Assembly: GCA_046861385.1 (NCBI GenBank)
Contig: JBHHTW010000035.1
Location: 1 to 22,367 of the forward strand
Length of the DNA: 22,367 bases
Reading direction: 5' to 3'
Origin: Fidelibacterota bacterium
GTDB lineage: Bacteria > Fidelibacterota > Marinisomatia > Marinisomatales > TCS55
Every line of letters begins with the position of its first letter. Position 1 is the stretch's first letter. The notes below the pieces were generated by a model that was given only the letters and a program-made list of their open reading frames with translations, had not been told where the DNA came from and searched no databases. Below, one piece after another: positions 1 through 8,084 of this stretch. The translations under genes were made by a program, and so were the position numbers.

Positions 1-19
1 TTATTATGATAAAACGCAT
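1..19 (-). CDS. Possible 5' end of a divergently transcribed gene (MRFIII...) running off the window
   Basis: The minus strand reads caaaAGGAGtttatcttaaat-ATG CGT TTT ATC ATA ATA: an SD-like AGGAG 12 nt before an ATG, open to the window edge. Only 6 codons are visible. Confidence 0.3.
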
Positions 20-315
20 ATTTAAGATAAACTCCTTTTGAAAATTTAAATAACCATTTTCAACTTCTATATTAACATAATATATAATTTAAGAGTATTA
101 CAAACGATAAATTAATTTTACAATATAATTTTCTTTATTTACCAGAACATACAATTAGCTTCCACAAAGTATAAACGCTGATGTTAGTATTATAGAAGTA
201 TAATTATATAGAATAACGTGACTGCTTTTTTAGTAATTCATTGAATATTGGAGAGAAAACGCACTTTATTCATTGGTAAAAGGTGCGCGTGCGCACAAAA
301 TGCGAAGATATTGTT

Positions 316-344
316 TTGGATAATTTTAAGTATTTCATTATTTT
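316..344 (+). promoter_or_regulatory. Putative sigma70-type promoter of the AAA ATPase gene
   Basis: TTGGAT (316-321), 17 nt spacer, TATTTT (339-344), then 6 nt to the ATG at 351; no SD. Confidence 0.4.
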
Positions 345-350
345 TACTCT

Positions 351-1652
351 ATGAAAAGAGACATATATTCAAAACTGGTTGAATGGAAACATTCTAATCG
401 ACGCAAGCCTTTGATTTTAAAAGGGGCTCGTCAAGTGGGTAAAACCCACATACTCCATCAGTTCGGCAAAAAAGAATATGATCGCATTGTTTATTTTAAC
501 TTTGAAGAGACGCCCTCTTTAAATGAACTATTTGAACAGACGCTCAACCCGACTATCCTTCTATCAAAACTATCGCTACAAGCAGGTTTTGATATAAAAC
601 CGAAGAAAGACCTCATCATTTTTGATGAAATACAACATTCAAATTCCGCTTTGAATTCCTTAAAATATTTTAACGAAAAATTAAATAAATATCATATTGC
701 AGCAGCCGGTTCACTTCTCGGGATACTTTTGTCAAAACCGAGGTCTTTTCCTGTAGGAAAAGTCAATTTCCTTAATATGTATCCTATGACATTTATAGAA
801 TTTTTAGTTGCTGTCGGAAAAGAGAATTTAAAAGAACTTTTAGAATCAACACAAACTGCGAAACCCCTTCCTGTACTCTTTCATGATGAATTAATTAGAT
901 TGTTACGGATTTACACCTTTACCGGTGGAATGCCGGAAGTTGTTTGCGAATATGCCCAGTCAGGTAATTTTAATCAGATTAGGGCGATTCAAAAAGAAAT
1001 TCTTAACGCCTATCTTTTGGATTTCACCAAACATGCTAAGGCAATTAACGTTCCTAAAATCAATCATGTTTGGGAATCTATTCCGACTCACCTTGCAAAA
1101 GAAAACAAGAAATTTGTTTTCTCAGCAATCAGAAAAGGGGCAAAGTCTCGGGAATACGAAAGTGCAATACAATGGTTATCAGATGCCGGATTAATTTATA
1201 AATCCTATCAAATTTCTACTCCAAAGTATCCGCTTATTGGATATGCAAATCAACATATTTATAAAGTCTTTGCGTTGGATGTTGGTTTATTAGGTGCGTT
1301 ATCTAATCTTCCATTGAATAAGATTGTTGAAGGAGATCGGCTTTTCACCGAATTTAAAGGAGCTTTTATTGAAAATTATATCGCTCAACAATTGGTCGCT
1401 CATTATAATTTTGATCTGTTTTATTGGACAAGTAAGGGACAGGCTGAAGTTGACTTTATCCTTCCCATGGAAAATATTACACCGTTGGAGGTCAAAGCGG
1501 GAATTAATCCAAAGAGCAAGAGTCTAAAAGTTTATCAACAAAAATATTCACCAAAAATAACTCTGCGGTCAACGTTACTCAACCTGAAACAAGAACAACA
1601 AATAATCAATATTCCTCTTTATGCTATTTCACAAACCTCAAAGTTGGTTTAG
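351..1652 (+). CDS. AAA+ superfamily ATPase (AAA_14 + DUF4143) with C-terminal PD-(D/E)XK-like nuclease motif
   Basis: Walker A GARQVGKT, Walker B IIFDEIQ, AAGSLLG, FPVGKV, GGMPEVV, DVGLL, and C-terminal EVDF...PLEVK; typical 430-aa architecture of this family. Confidence 0.88.
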   Translation: MKRDIYSKLVEWKHSNRRKPLILKGARQVGKTHILHQFGKKEYDRIVYFNFEETPSLNELFEQTLNPTILLSKLSLQAGFDIKPKKDLIIFDEIQHSNSALNSLKYFNEKLNKYHIAAAGSLLGILLSKPRSFPVGKVNFLNMYPMTFIEFLVAVGKENLKELLESTQTAKPLPVLFHDELIRLLRIYTFTGGMPEVVCEYAQSGNFNQIRAIQKEILNAYLLDFTKHAKAINVPKINHVWESIPTHLAKENKKFVFSAIRKGAKSREYESAIQWLSDAGLIYKSYQISTPKYPLIGYANQHIYKVFALDVGLLGALSNLPLNKIVEGDRLFTEFKGAFIENYIAQQLVAHYNFDLFYWTSKGQAEVDFILPMENITPLEVKAGINPKSKSLKVYQQKYSPKITLRSTLLNLKQEQQIINIPLYAISQTSKLV

Positions 1653-1681
1653 TTCTTTGCAGTTAAATTGAATATTAACAT

Positions 1682-2155
1682 ATGGTTAAAACAGGAATAG
1701 GTTACGATGTCCATCCTTTGGCAGAGGGAGAAACGCTGATCATTGGCGGGGTGAAAATTGATAGTCCATTAGGCTCGGTGGGTCATTCAGATGGTGATGT
1801 GCTTCTCCACGCCATTGTGGATGCATTATTAGGGGCAGCTAATCTTGGCGATATTGGTCAACACTTCCCCAGCTCTGATGAACGCTGGGCAGGAAAGGAC
1901 AGCATTCATTTTCTAAAACATGCTGTCAAGCTGGTGCGTAAAGAAAGATTTCAGATAGATTATGTTGACAGTACCATTATTCTAGAAGAGCCAAAACTAG
2001 CGGATATTATTCCGAAAATGAGTCAAAATATTGCAGATATTCTTCATGTGGAAGAATCGTCCGTTTCAGTCAAAGCGACGTCTACAGATAAAATGGGTTT
2101 TATCGGTCGAGGTGAAGGTATTGGCGCTGTAGCCGTGGCAACTATCTCTAAATAG
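1682..2155 (+). CDS. ispF: 2-C-methyl-D-erythritol 2,4-cyclodiphosphate synthase
   Basis: GIGYDVH, GHSDGDVLLHAIVDALLGA, GDIGQHFP, VSVKATS, GFIGRGEGI motifs. Confidence 0.97.
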   Translation: MVKTGIGYDVHPLAEGETLIIGGVKIDSPLGSVGHSDGDVLLHAIVDALLGAANLGDIGQHFPSSDERWAGKDSIHFLKHAVKLVRKERFQIDYVDSTIILEEPKLADIIPKMSQNIADILHVEESSVSVKATSTDKMGFIGRGEGIGAVAVATISK

Positions 2156-2160
2156 TTTTT

Positions 2161-3027
2161 ATGGATTCACTCACAATGAAGTCCCGCGCCAAGGTCAACA
2201 TTGGTTTGCAAGTATTAAACCAACGGCCCGACGGTTATCACAATCTTCATACCATTTTCCAGGAATTGGATTTCCACGACACTGTCTTAATTTCAAAAAC
2301 AGAAAATGGTTGTGTGTTAAAGTCCAACGATAAGAGTTTTCCTCTCGATAAATCAAATACGTGCCATAAAGCATATACTATTTTAAAACGGGAATTCCCT
2401 GAATTAAGCGGCGTAAAAATTTATATGGACAAAAATATTCCAGCCTGTGGTGGGTTGGGAGGCGGTTCCTCAAATGGTGCGGCTGTTTTAAAAGGGTTGA
2501 ATCAAATGTATATGCTTGGTTTATCGGAAGACGACCTCGAACAGTTTGCAGTAGAAATAGGAGCCGATGTTCCATTTTTTATCCGCGGCGGGTGCCAGTT
2601 GGGAGAAGGAATCGGTGAAAGACTGACGCCAATTAAAGTACGTTTGAATGGAACTTTTCTACTGGTTATTCCACCGATTACTATTTCGACAAACTGGGCA
2701 TACAAAAGTCTGAAAAAGGTTTTGGACACCACAAGGGAAAAAGCTAACTTTGCCGACTTCTTCAGAAGGAATATAATCCCTTTTGAGCTTTTTCAGAATG
2801 ATTTTGAACGGATAGTAATTCCATCGCATCCAGAGATTGGTGAGATAAAAGGAACCTTATTAATGCATGGGGCTTCTTTTGCCGGTTTGTCGGGCAGCGG
2901 TTCGACTGTGTTTGGAATATTTGACGAAGAAACTGCCGCTGAGGCAGCTGAGTCTGTATTCCCTCCCAATTACCGCACAACTCTGACCCGACCGCACTTA
3001 CCTACCGATGGAATGTTATTCAATTAA
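2161..3027 (+). CDS. ispE: 4-diphosphocytidyl-2-C-methyl-D-erythritol kinase
   Basis: AKVNIGL, RPDGYH, GHMP loop KNIP..GGLGGGSSN, GADVPFF, NDFE, LSGSGSTVF. Confidence 0.96.
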   Translation: MDSLTMKSRAKVNIGLQVLNQRPDGYHNLHTIFQELDFHDTVLISKTENGCVLKSNDKSFPLDKSNTCHKAYTILKREFPELSGVKIYMDKNIPACGGLGGGSSNGAAVLKGLNQMYMLGLSEDDLEQFAVEIGADVPFFIRGGCQLGEGIGERLTPIKVRLNGTFLLVIPPITISTNWAYKSLKKVLDTTREKANFADFFRRNIIPFELFQNDFERIVIPSHPEIGEIKGTLLMHGASFAGLSGSGSTVFGIFDEETAAEAAESVFPPNYRTTLTRPHLPTDGMLFN

Positions 3028-3038
3028 TTAATATCCTT

Positions 3039-3109
3039 TGGGGCGTCGTCTAAGGGTAGGACACCTGGTTTTGGTCCAGGCAGTTGGGGTTCGAATCCCT
3101 GCGCCCCAG
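3039..3109 (+). tRNA. tRNA-Gln (anticodon TTG); 3' CCA not encoded
   Basis: Acceptor stem TGGGGCG/CGCCCCA with discriminator G; anticodon arm CCTGG-TTTTGGT-CCAGG (TTG at 3071-3073); T-loop TTCGAAT; located between ispE and prs, the conserved position. Confidence 0.96.
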
Positions 3110-3155
3110 CAGAAAATATGCTAGGTAAATGGCAGGATTGATGGAATTTCTGCCT

Positions 3156-3185
3156 GCCCGCCGGAGCGTGACAGCGAAGGAGGGC
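3156..3185. repeat. Short GC-rich REP/MITE-like hairpin with tandem G.A mismatches
   Basis: GCCCGCC-GGA-GC-GTGACA-GC-GAA-GGAGGGC folds as a stem with G.A pairs; GC-rich island in an AT-rich spacer. Only one copy is seen in this window. Confidence 0.5.
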
Positions 3186-3219
3186 GTCCCAGCAAAATAA
3201 AAAATTAATTTAAAACCCA

Positions 3220-4173
3220 ATGATCATGAATAAAGATTCATTAAAAATATTTACAGGCCGAAGCAATCCTCATCTAGGGGAAAAAATTGCGGAACAGTTG
3301 GATGTACCCCTTGGACAAATGACCATAAAAGATTTTGCCGATGGTGAGATATGGATCAAATTCGAAGATAATATTCGAAATAGAGATGTTTTTATTGTTC
3401 AGTCTACCAATGGCCCGGCGAGAAATATTTTAGAATTGGTCCTAATGCTGGATGCGGCTGTTAGAGCATCTGCAAAAAGTGTCACCGCTGTTATTCCGTA
3501 TTTTGGCTATGCCCGGCAGGATCGAAAAGATACACCGCGAGTTCCCATTTCTGCCAGGGTAATGGTTGACATGTTTACGACTGCCGGCACAGACCGCATT
3601 GTGACTATGGACCTCCATTCAACCCAGATTCAGGGTTTTGCAAATATTCCTTTTGATCATCTATATAGTCGATCTGTATTTTTGGATAAAATCAAAGCAT
3701 TAGATTTGGATCCAAAAAATTCAGTTTGTCTTTCGCCGGATATGGGTTCTGCCCGTATTAGCCAAGCCTATGCAAAATACCTGGGAATGTATTTTGCTCT
3801 AATAGACAAGCGGCGTTATGCTCCGAATAAAACGGAAATTATGCACCTTATTGGGGATTTAGAAGGAAAAGATGTTCTTATTATAGACGATATGATTGAT
3901 ACAGCCGGGACATTGGTCAATGCTGCAGAAGCTGCTATGAAAAATGATGCCAGATCAGTGACTGCCGTGGCGACTCATCCCCTTTTATCGGGAGAAGCCG
4001 TTGAAAAATTGGAAAAATCACCCATCAATCATTTTATGTTCACAGACACGGTTACAATACCGGAAGAGAAAAAATTGAAAAATATGGAAATTGTGACTGT
4101 TGCTGATATTTTCGCAGAGGCGATTTATCGAATTCATAAAGGCGAATCCGTCAGCTCACTATTCGAATTTTAA
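3220..4173 (+). CDS. prs: Ribose-phosphate pyrophosphokinase (start may be ATG at 3226)
   Basis: FADGEI, VIPYFGYARQDRK, DLHSTQIQGF, IDKRR, PRPP-binding IIDDMIDTAGT, ATHPLLSG. Confidence 0.97.
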   Translation: MIMNKDSLKIFTGRSNPHLGEKIAEQLDVPLGQMTIKDFADGEIWIKFEDNIRNRDVFIVQSTNGPARNILELVLMLDAAVRASAKSVTAVIPYFGYARQDRKDTPRVPISARVMVDMFTTAGTDRIVTMDLHSTQIQGFANIPFDHLYSRSVFLDKIKALDLDPKNSVCLSPDMGSARISQAYAKYLGMYFALIDKRRYAPNKTEIMHLIGDLEGKDVLIIDDMIDTAGTLVNAAEAAMKNDARSVTAVATHPLLSGEAVEKLEKSPINHFMFTDTVTIPEEKKLKNMEIVTVADIFAEAIYRIHKGESVSSLFEF

Positions 4174-4187
4174 TTGGGAGAAATACA

Positions 4188-4844
4188 ATGGCAGAATATT
4201 ATCAATTATCAGTAGAAAACAGGGAAAATGTCGGATCTCGTGATGCGAAATCTCTCCGCAGAAACGGGAAAGTTCCTGTAAACTATTATTATAAAGGTAC
4301 AGGCAACATCAATTTATATATCGATGAAAAAGAATTAAATCAGGCACTACATTCAAGCCATCGAATTTTTGAAGTTCACCTGGCTGGAGAGACGCAATAT
4401 GTTATGTTCAAAGCCATTCAATACCATCCGGTATCGGATGATATCATTCATGTGGACCTGATGCGTGTACGTCGAGATGAAAAAATGACGATCTCCGTAT
4501 CGATTCACTTGGAAGGCGAAGCTGTAGGAGTGAAAATGGGAGGGGTGCTATCACAAATATTGAATACGGTAGAGGTTGAATGTTTACCGACAGATGTCCC
4601 TGAATTTATATCACTGGACATCTCTGAATTAGATGTAAACAGCAGTCTAACCGTTGCTGATATTGTCGTCGATAGCACAATGATTATTTTAGCAGATGAT
4701 GACCAAGTGATTGCAACGTGTCAGCCTCCGAAAGAAGAAATCGAAGTCGAAGAAGGTGAAGAAATTGAAGAAGGCGAAGCTGTCACAGATGAAGAAGGTG
4801 AAAGAGCTGAGGACGAGGCCGATGGGGAGGAAAACGCTGAATAA
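4188..4844 (+). CDS. rplY: 50S ribosomal protein L25 / general stress protein Ctc (long form, acidic tail)
   Basis: LRRNGKVP..YY, QYHPVSDDIIHVDL, GEAVGVKMGGVL, ECLPTDVPE; lies between prs and pth; GGGAG SD. Confidence 0.95.
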   Translation: MAEYYQLSVENRENVGSRDAKSLRRNGKVPVNYYYKGTGNINLYIDEKELNQALHSSHRIFEVHLAGETQYVMFKAIQYHPVSDDIIHVDLMRVRRDEKMTISVSIHLEGEAVGVKMGGVLSQILNTVEVECLPTDVPEFISLDISELDVNSSLTVADIVVDSTMIILADDDQVIATCQPPKEEIEVEEGEEIEEGEAVTDEEGERAEDEADGEENAE

Positions 4845-4846
4845 TT

Positions 4847-5395
4847 ATGAAAGTGTTTGTGGGGCTAGGCAACCCCGGATCGAAATATGCCAATACCAAG
4901 CACAATGCCGGATTTTGGGTCGTAGACGAATTGGCAAAGCGATGGTCCCTTCGGTTTCAACCTGGAAGAGGTGCCTTCGTGTACGCTGATTCAAACAAAA
5001 CCCTATTGGCCAAACCCACCACGGGAATGAATGCCAGCGGTATAGCGGTCAAAGAGATTATTCAGCAATATGGGATAGAATTGACGAATCTTCATATTAT
5101 TATTGACGATGTTGATCTGCCCCTCGGTTCGCTTCGGTTACGCCCCAAGGGCGGTGATGGATGTCATCGCGGTATGGAATCTATTATATATCATTTGGGA
5201 AATACCCATTTCCCTAGAATTCGTTTTGGAGTTGCTGCCTCCGATCATAAAAGACCGGCAGAAGTGTATGTATTAAAACCTTTCAAAAAAAATGATCAAT
5301 TTGAGGCAGATACAATGATTCAAACGGCTGCAGATGCAATAGAGCATTTACTTAATAATGGAATAGACCGGACAATGAATCGGTTCAACTCATGA
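4847..5395 (+). CDS. pth: Peptidyl-tRNA hydrolase
   Basis: VGLGNPG..Y.NTKHNAGF, KPTTGMNASG, DDVDLPLG, GGDGCHRG, RIRFGV, YVLKPF. Confidence 0.95.
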   Translation: MKVFVGLGNPGSKYANTKHNAGFWVVDELAKRWSLRFQPGRGAFVYADSNKTLLAKPTTGMNASGIAVKEIIQQYGIELTNLHIIIDDVDLPLGSLRLRPKGGDGCHRGMESIIYHLGNTHFPRIRFGVAASDHKRPAEVYVLKPFKKNDQFEADTMIQTAADAIEHLLNNGIDRTMNRFNS

Positions 5396-5406
5396 GGTAT
5401 TAATTA

Positions 5407-7554
5407 ATGGAAAACAATTTATTTCTTACTATAGGTGCAGGATTAATAGCAATGATCTACGCATTTTGGAAAACGCAATGGATCAACCGCCAGGATGAAG
5501 GGACCGATAAGATGAAAATTATCGGCGCCAATATTGCGATTGGCGCCATGGCCTTTTTAAAGGCTGAGTATCGTGTATTATCTGTGTTTGTTATTGCTAT
5601 AGCGGCCTTACTTGGATTCGCAAATGCAGGACGAGAAGACTCGAGTTCACTAATAGCATTATCATTTTTTGTAGGTGCTTTGGCTTCAGGGCTTGCGGGA
5701 TTTGTCGGAATGAAAGTTGCCACCAAGGCCAATAATAGAACAACACACGCAGCGCGAGCAAGCTTATCTTCAGCGTTAAAAGTGGCGTTTACCGGCGGTT
5801 CTGTCATGGGGTTAAGCGTTGTAGGATTAGGGGTATTAGGATTAAGCAGCTTATTTATTGTTTATTCCAATACTTTTGGCACCGATGCTGTCAATATTAA
5901 AACGGTCTTAAATGTTATATCAGGCTTTTCATTAGGGGCCTCTTCAATCGCGCTATTTGCTCGTGTCGGCGGTGGTATTTATACAAAAGCAGCGGATGTT
6001 GGAGCGGATCTGGTAGGAAAAGTTGAAGCAGGAATTCCGGAAGACCACCCTCTTAACCCGGCGACGATTGCCGATAACGTTGGAGACAATGTTGGTGATG
6101 TAGCTGGAATGGGCGCCGACCTTTTTGAATCTTATATTGGTTCAATTGTGGGTTCGATGGTATTGGGGGCCAGTGTTCTTGTGATGGGTAATTATGACTT
6201 AAATTTTGTTGCACTCCCGTTATACATTGCCGCATCAGGAATCTTGGTCTCAATTTTGGGAACATTTATGATTTCTGTTAAAGAGGGCGGAGATCCTCAA
6301 AAAGCATTAAACCGCGGGGAATTTGGAAGTTCGGCTATTATGGTCGTAGTGATTTATTTCCTCATACAACACTTCCTCCCGAGTCAATTCATGTTGGGAG
6401 GTGAAGGTTATACAAGTTTAGGAGTATTTTGGGCAACCGTAATCGGATTGGTTGCAGGCCTGGGAATTGGAATAGTCACAGAACATTATACAGGAACCGG
6501 CACATCTCCCGTGTTATTAATTGCAAAGCAATCAAAAACAGGCGCTGCAACGAACATCATTGCGGGATTAGGTATTGGAATGCAATCTACGGCCATTCCG
6601 ATTATTATCTTATCCGCTGGAATTATTGGCGCTTTCCATTTTGCCGGACTGTATGGAATTGCCATGGCGGCCTTGGGAATGCTGGCGAATACAGGAATAC
6701 AATTGGCAGTGGATGCGTATGGTCCAATTTCTGATAACGCCGGTGGTATTGCAGAAATGGCTGAATTACCGGCAGAGGTGCGCGAACGAACTGATAAATT
6801 GGATGCAGTGGGCAACACAACTGCAGCAATTGGAAAAGGATTTGCCATCGGCTCAGCTGCATTAACAGCCCTCGCTCTGTTTGCCGCCTTTATGGTTCAA
6901 AGCGGAATTGATAATATTGATATATCAAATCCAACCATTATGGCCGGTTTGTTGGTCGGTGGAATGTTACCCTTTTTATTCTCTTCTCTGGCAATGGGAG
7001 CAGTCGGTAGGGCAGCCATGTCAATGATAGAGGAAGTCCGCCGTCAATTCAGAGAAATACCTGAATTAAAAGCCGCTCTTGGTGTGTTGAAAAAAGGCAA
7101 CGAATCCACTTGGTCTGAAAAAGACAAAAAGATTTACGAATCCGGACTCACAAATGTAGAATATGGACGTTGTGTTGAAATTTCAACACAATCCGCCATT
7201 AAAGAGATGGTTTTGCCGGGCCTTCTTGCCATTATTTCACCTGTGTTTGTGGGTTTTGTTTTTGGACCAGAAACATTAGGCGGCTTGCTTGCAGGTGTGA
7301 CTGTTTCCGGTGTGTTGATGGCGATTTTTCAATCAAATGCCGGTGGTGCTTGGGACAATGCTAAGAAAATGATTGAAGAAGGAGTTGAAATTGACGGTGA
7401 GCAATCTATGAAAGGATCTGATGCTCATAAAGCGGCTGTGGTGGGCGATACGGTTGGAGATCCGTTTAAAGATACGTCTGGTCCATCGTTAAATATTTTA
7501 ATCAAATTAATGTCAGTGGTGTCTTTAGTTATTGCTCCATTGTTAAAGCTATAA
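5407..7554 (+). CDS. hppA: Membrane-bound K+-dependent, probably Na+-translocating pyrophosphatase
   Basis: [64 protein letters not shown] (Ala marks the K+-dependent class), [24 protein letters not shown]; many transmembrane segments. The Glu in DLFES is the position typical of Na+-PPases. Confidence 0.95.
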   Translation: MENNLFLTIGAGLIAMIYAFWKTQWINRQDEGTDKMKIIGANIAIGAMAFLKAEYRVLSVFVIAIAALLGFANAGREDSSSLIALSFFVGALASGLAGFVGMKVATKANNRTTHAARASLSSALKVAFTGGSVMGLSVVGLGVLGLSSLFIVYSNTFGTDAVNIKTVLNVISGFSLGASSIALFARVGGGIYTKAADVGADLVGKVEAGIPEDHPLNPATIADNVGDNVGDVAGMGADLFESYIGSIVGSMVLGASVLVMGNYDLNFVALPLYIAASGILVSILGTFMISVKEGGDPQKALNRGEFGSSAIMVVVIYFLIQHFLPSQFMLGGEGYTSLGVFWATVIGLVAGLGIGIVTEHYTGTGTSPVLLIAKQSKTGAATNIIAGLGIGMQSTAIPIIILSAGIIGAFHFAGLYGIAMAALGMLANTGIQLAVDAYGPISDNAGGIAEMAELPAEVRERTDKLDAVGNTTAAIGKGFAIGSAALTALALFAAFMVQSGIDNIDISNPTIMAGLLVGGMLPFLFSSLAMGAVGRAAMSMIEEVRRQFREIPELKAALGVLKKGNESTWSEKDKKIYESGLTNVEYGRCVEISTQSAIKEMVLPGLLAIISPVFVGFVFGPETLGGLLAGVTVSGVLMAIFQSNAGGAWDNAKKMIEEGVEIDGEQSMKGSDAHKAAVVGDTVGDPFKDTSGPSLNILIKLMSVVSLVIAPLLKL

Positions 7555-7570
7555 ATAATAAGGAGTTTTT

Positions 7571-8059
7571 ATGCGTTACTATGAAACATTGTATATATTG
7601 AACCCCAACTTTGAACAAGAGAAAAATGATGATATTTTCAAAGAAGTTGAAGAACAGATCAATAAGTTCAGCCAAGTAATTAATCATCGGCTTTGGGGTA
7701 AAAAACGACTGGCTTATCCAATCGAGCAGCATAAATACGGTACATACATGCTGCTTCAATTTGAAACGGACGAAGTGAAAGGAATAAAAGAGTTCGACAA
7801 TTTTATGAAATTGAATAAATTAATTCTTCGATTCCAAACAGTACGGTTGGACAAAAAACCGATCGAGTATGTCGAAGAGGCAACCGATAATCTTGAAAGT
7901 AATGATAAAGAAGAAACAAAAGCAGAAGAAACAATAGAAGGGGATTCTGCAGCAACCCCAAGCAAGCCACCTGTAGAAGAACCATCTCCAGAAAAAGAAA
8001 TTGAAAACGGTAATTCAACTGAAAAAACCGAAGAAGAACCGGTTATCGAAAAAGCTTAA
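7571..8059 (+). CDS. rpsF: 30S ribosomal protein S6 with long acidic C-terminal extension
   Basis: MRYYETLYILNP, WGKKRLAYPI, GTY, ILRF; AAGGAG SD; precedes rpsR-rplI. Confidence 0.95.
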   Translation: MRYYETLYILNPNFEQEKNDDIFKEVEEQINKFSQVINHRLWGKKRLAYPIEQHKYGTYMLLQFETDEVKGIKEFDNFMKLNKLILRFQTVRLDKKPIEYVEEATDNLESNDKEETKAEETIEGDSAATPSKPPVEEPSPEKEIENGNSTEKTEEEPVIEKA

Positions 8060-8084
8060 TAATGATTAAAAAAACGAGGAAATT

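Noticed and set aside
20-250. Very AT-rich stretch examined for oriC/DnaA boxes, CRISPR leader or small ORFs
   Set aside because: No cluster of DnaA boxes, no repeat array, and the short ORFs checked close within a few codons; best read as a divergent intergenic region
3107-3113. tRNA-Gln lacks an encoded CCA
   Set aside because: Common in bacteria with CCA-adding enzymes; not a sign of a pseudogene
4730-4840. GAAGAAGG(T/C)GAA repeats at the end of rplY
   Set aside because: Explained by the low-complexity EEGE acidic tail; not a CRISPR or regular tandem array
5150-5176. Pth GGHNG motif reads GCHRG
   Set aside because: The catalytic His (NTKHN) and Asp are intact and H(R/K)G variants occur; no reason to call a pseudogene or new function
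5457-6865. Several 70-120 aa alternative-frame and antisense ORFs within hppA
   Set aside because: Shadow ORFs of a conserved Gly/Ala-rich gene; no motifs or RBS
8060-8084. No ssb/priB between rpsF and rpsR
   Set aside because: Direct rpsF-rpsR-rplI order is common, for example in Bacteroidota-related lineages
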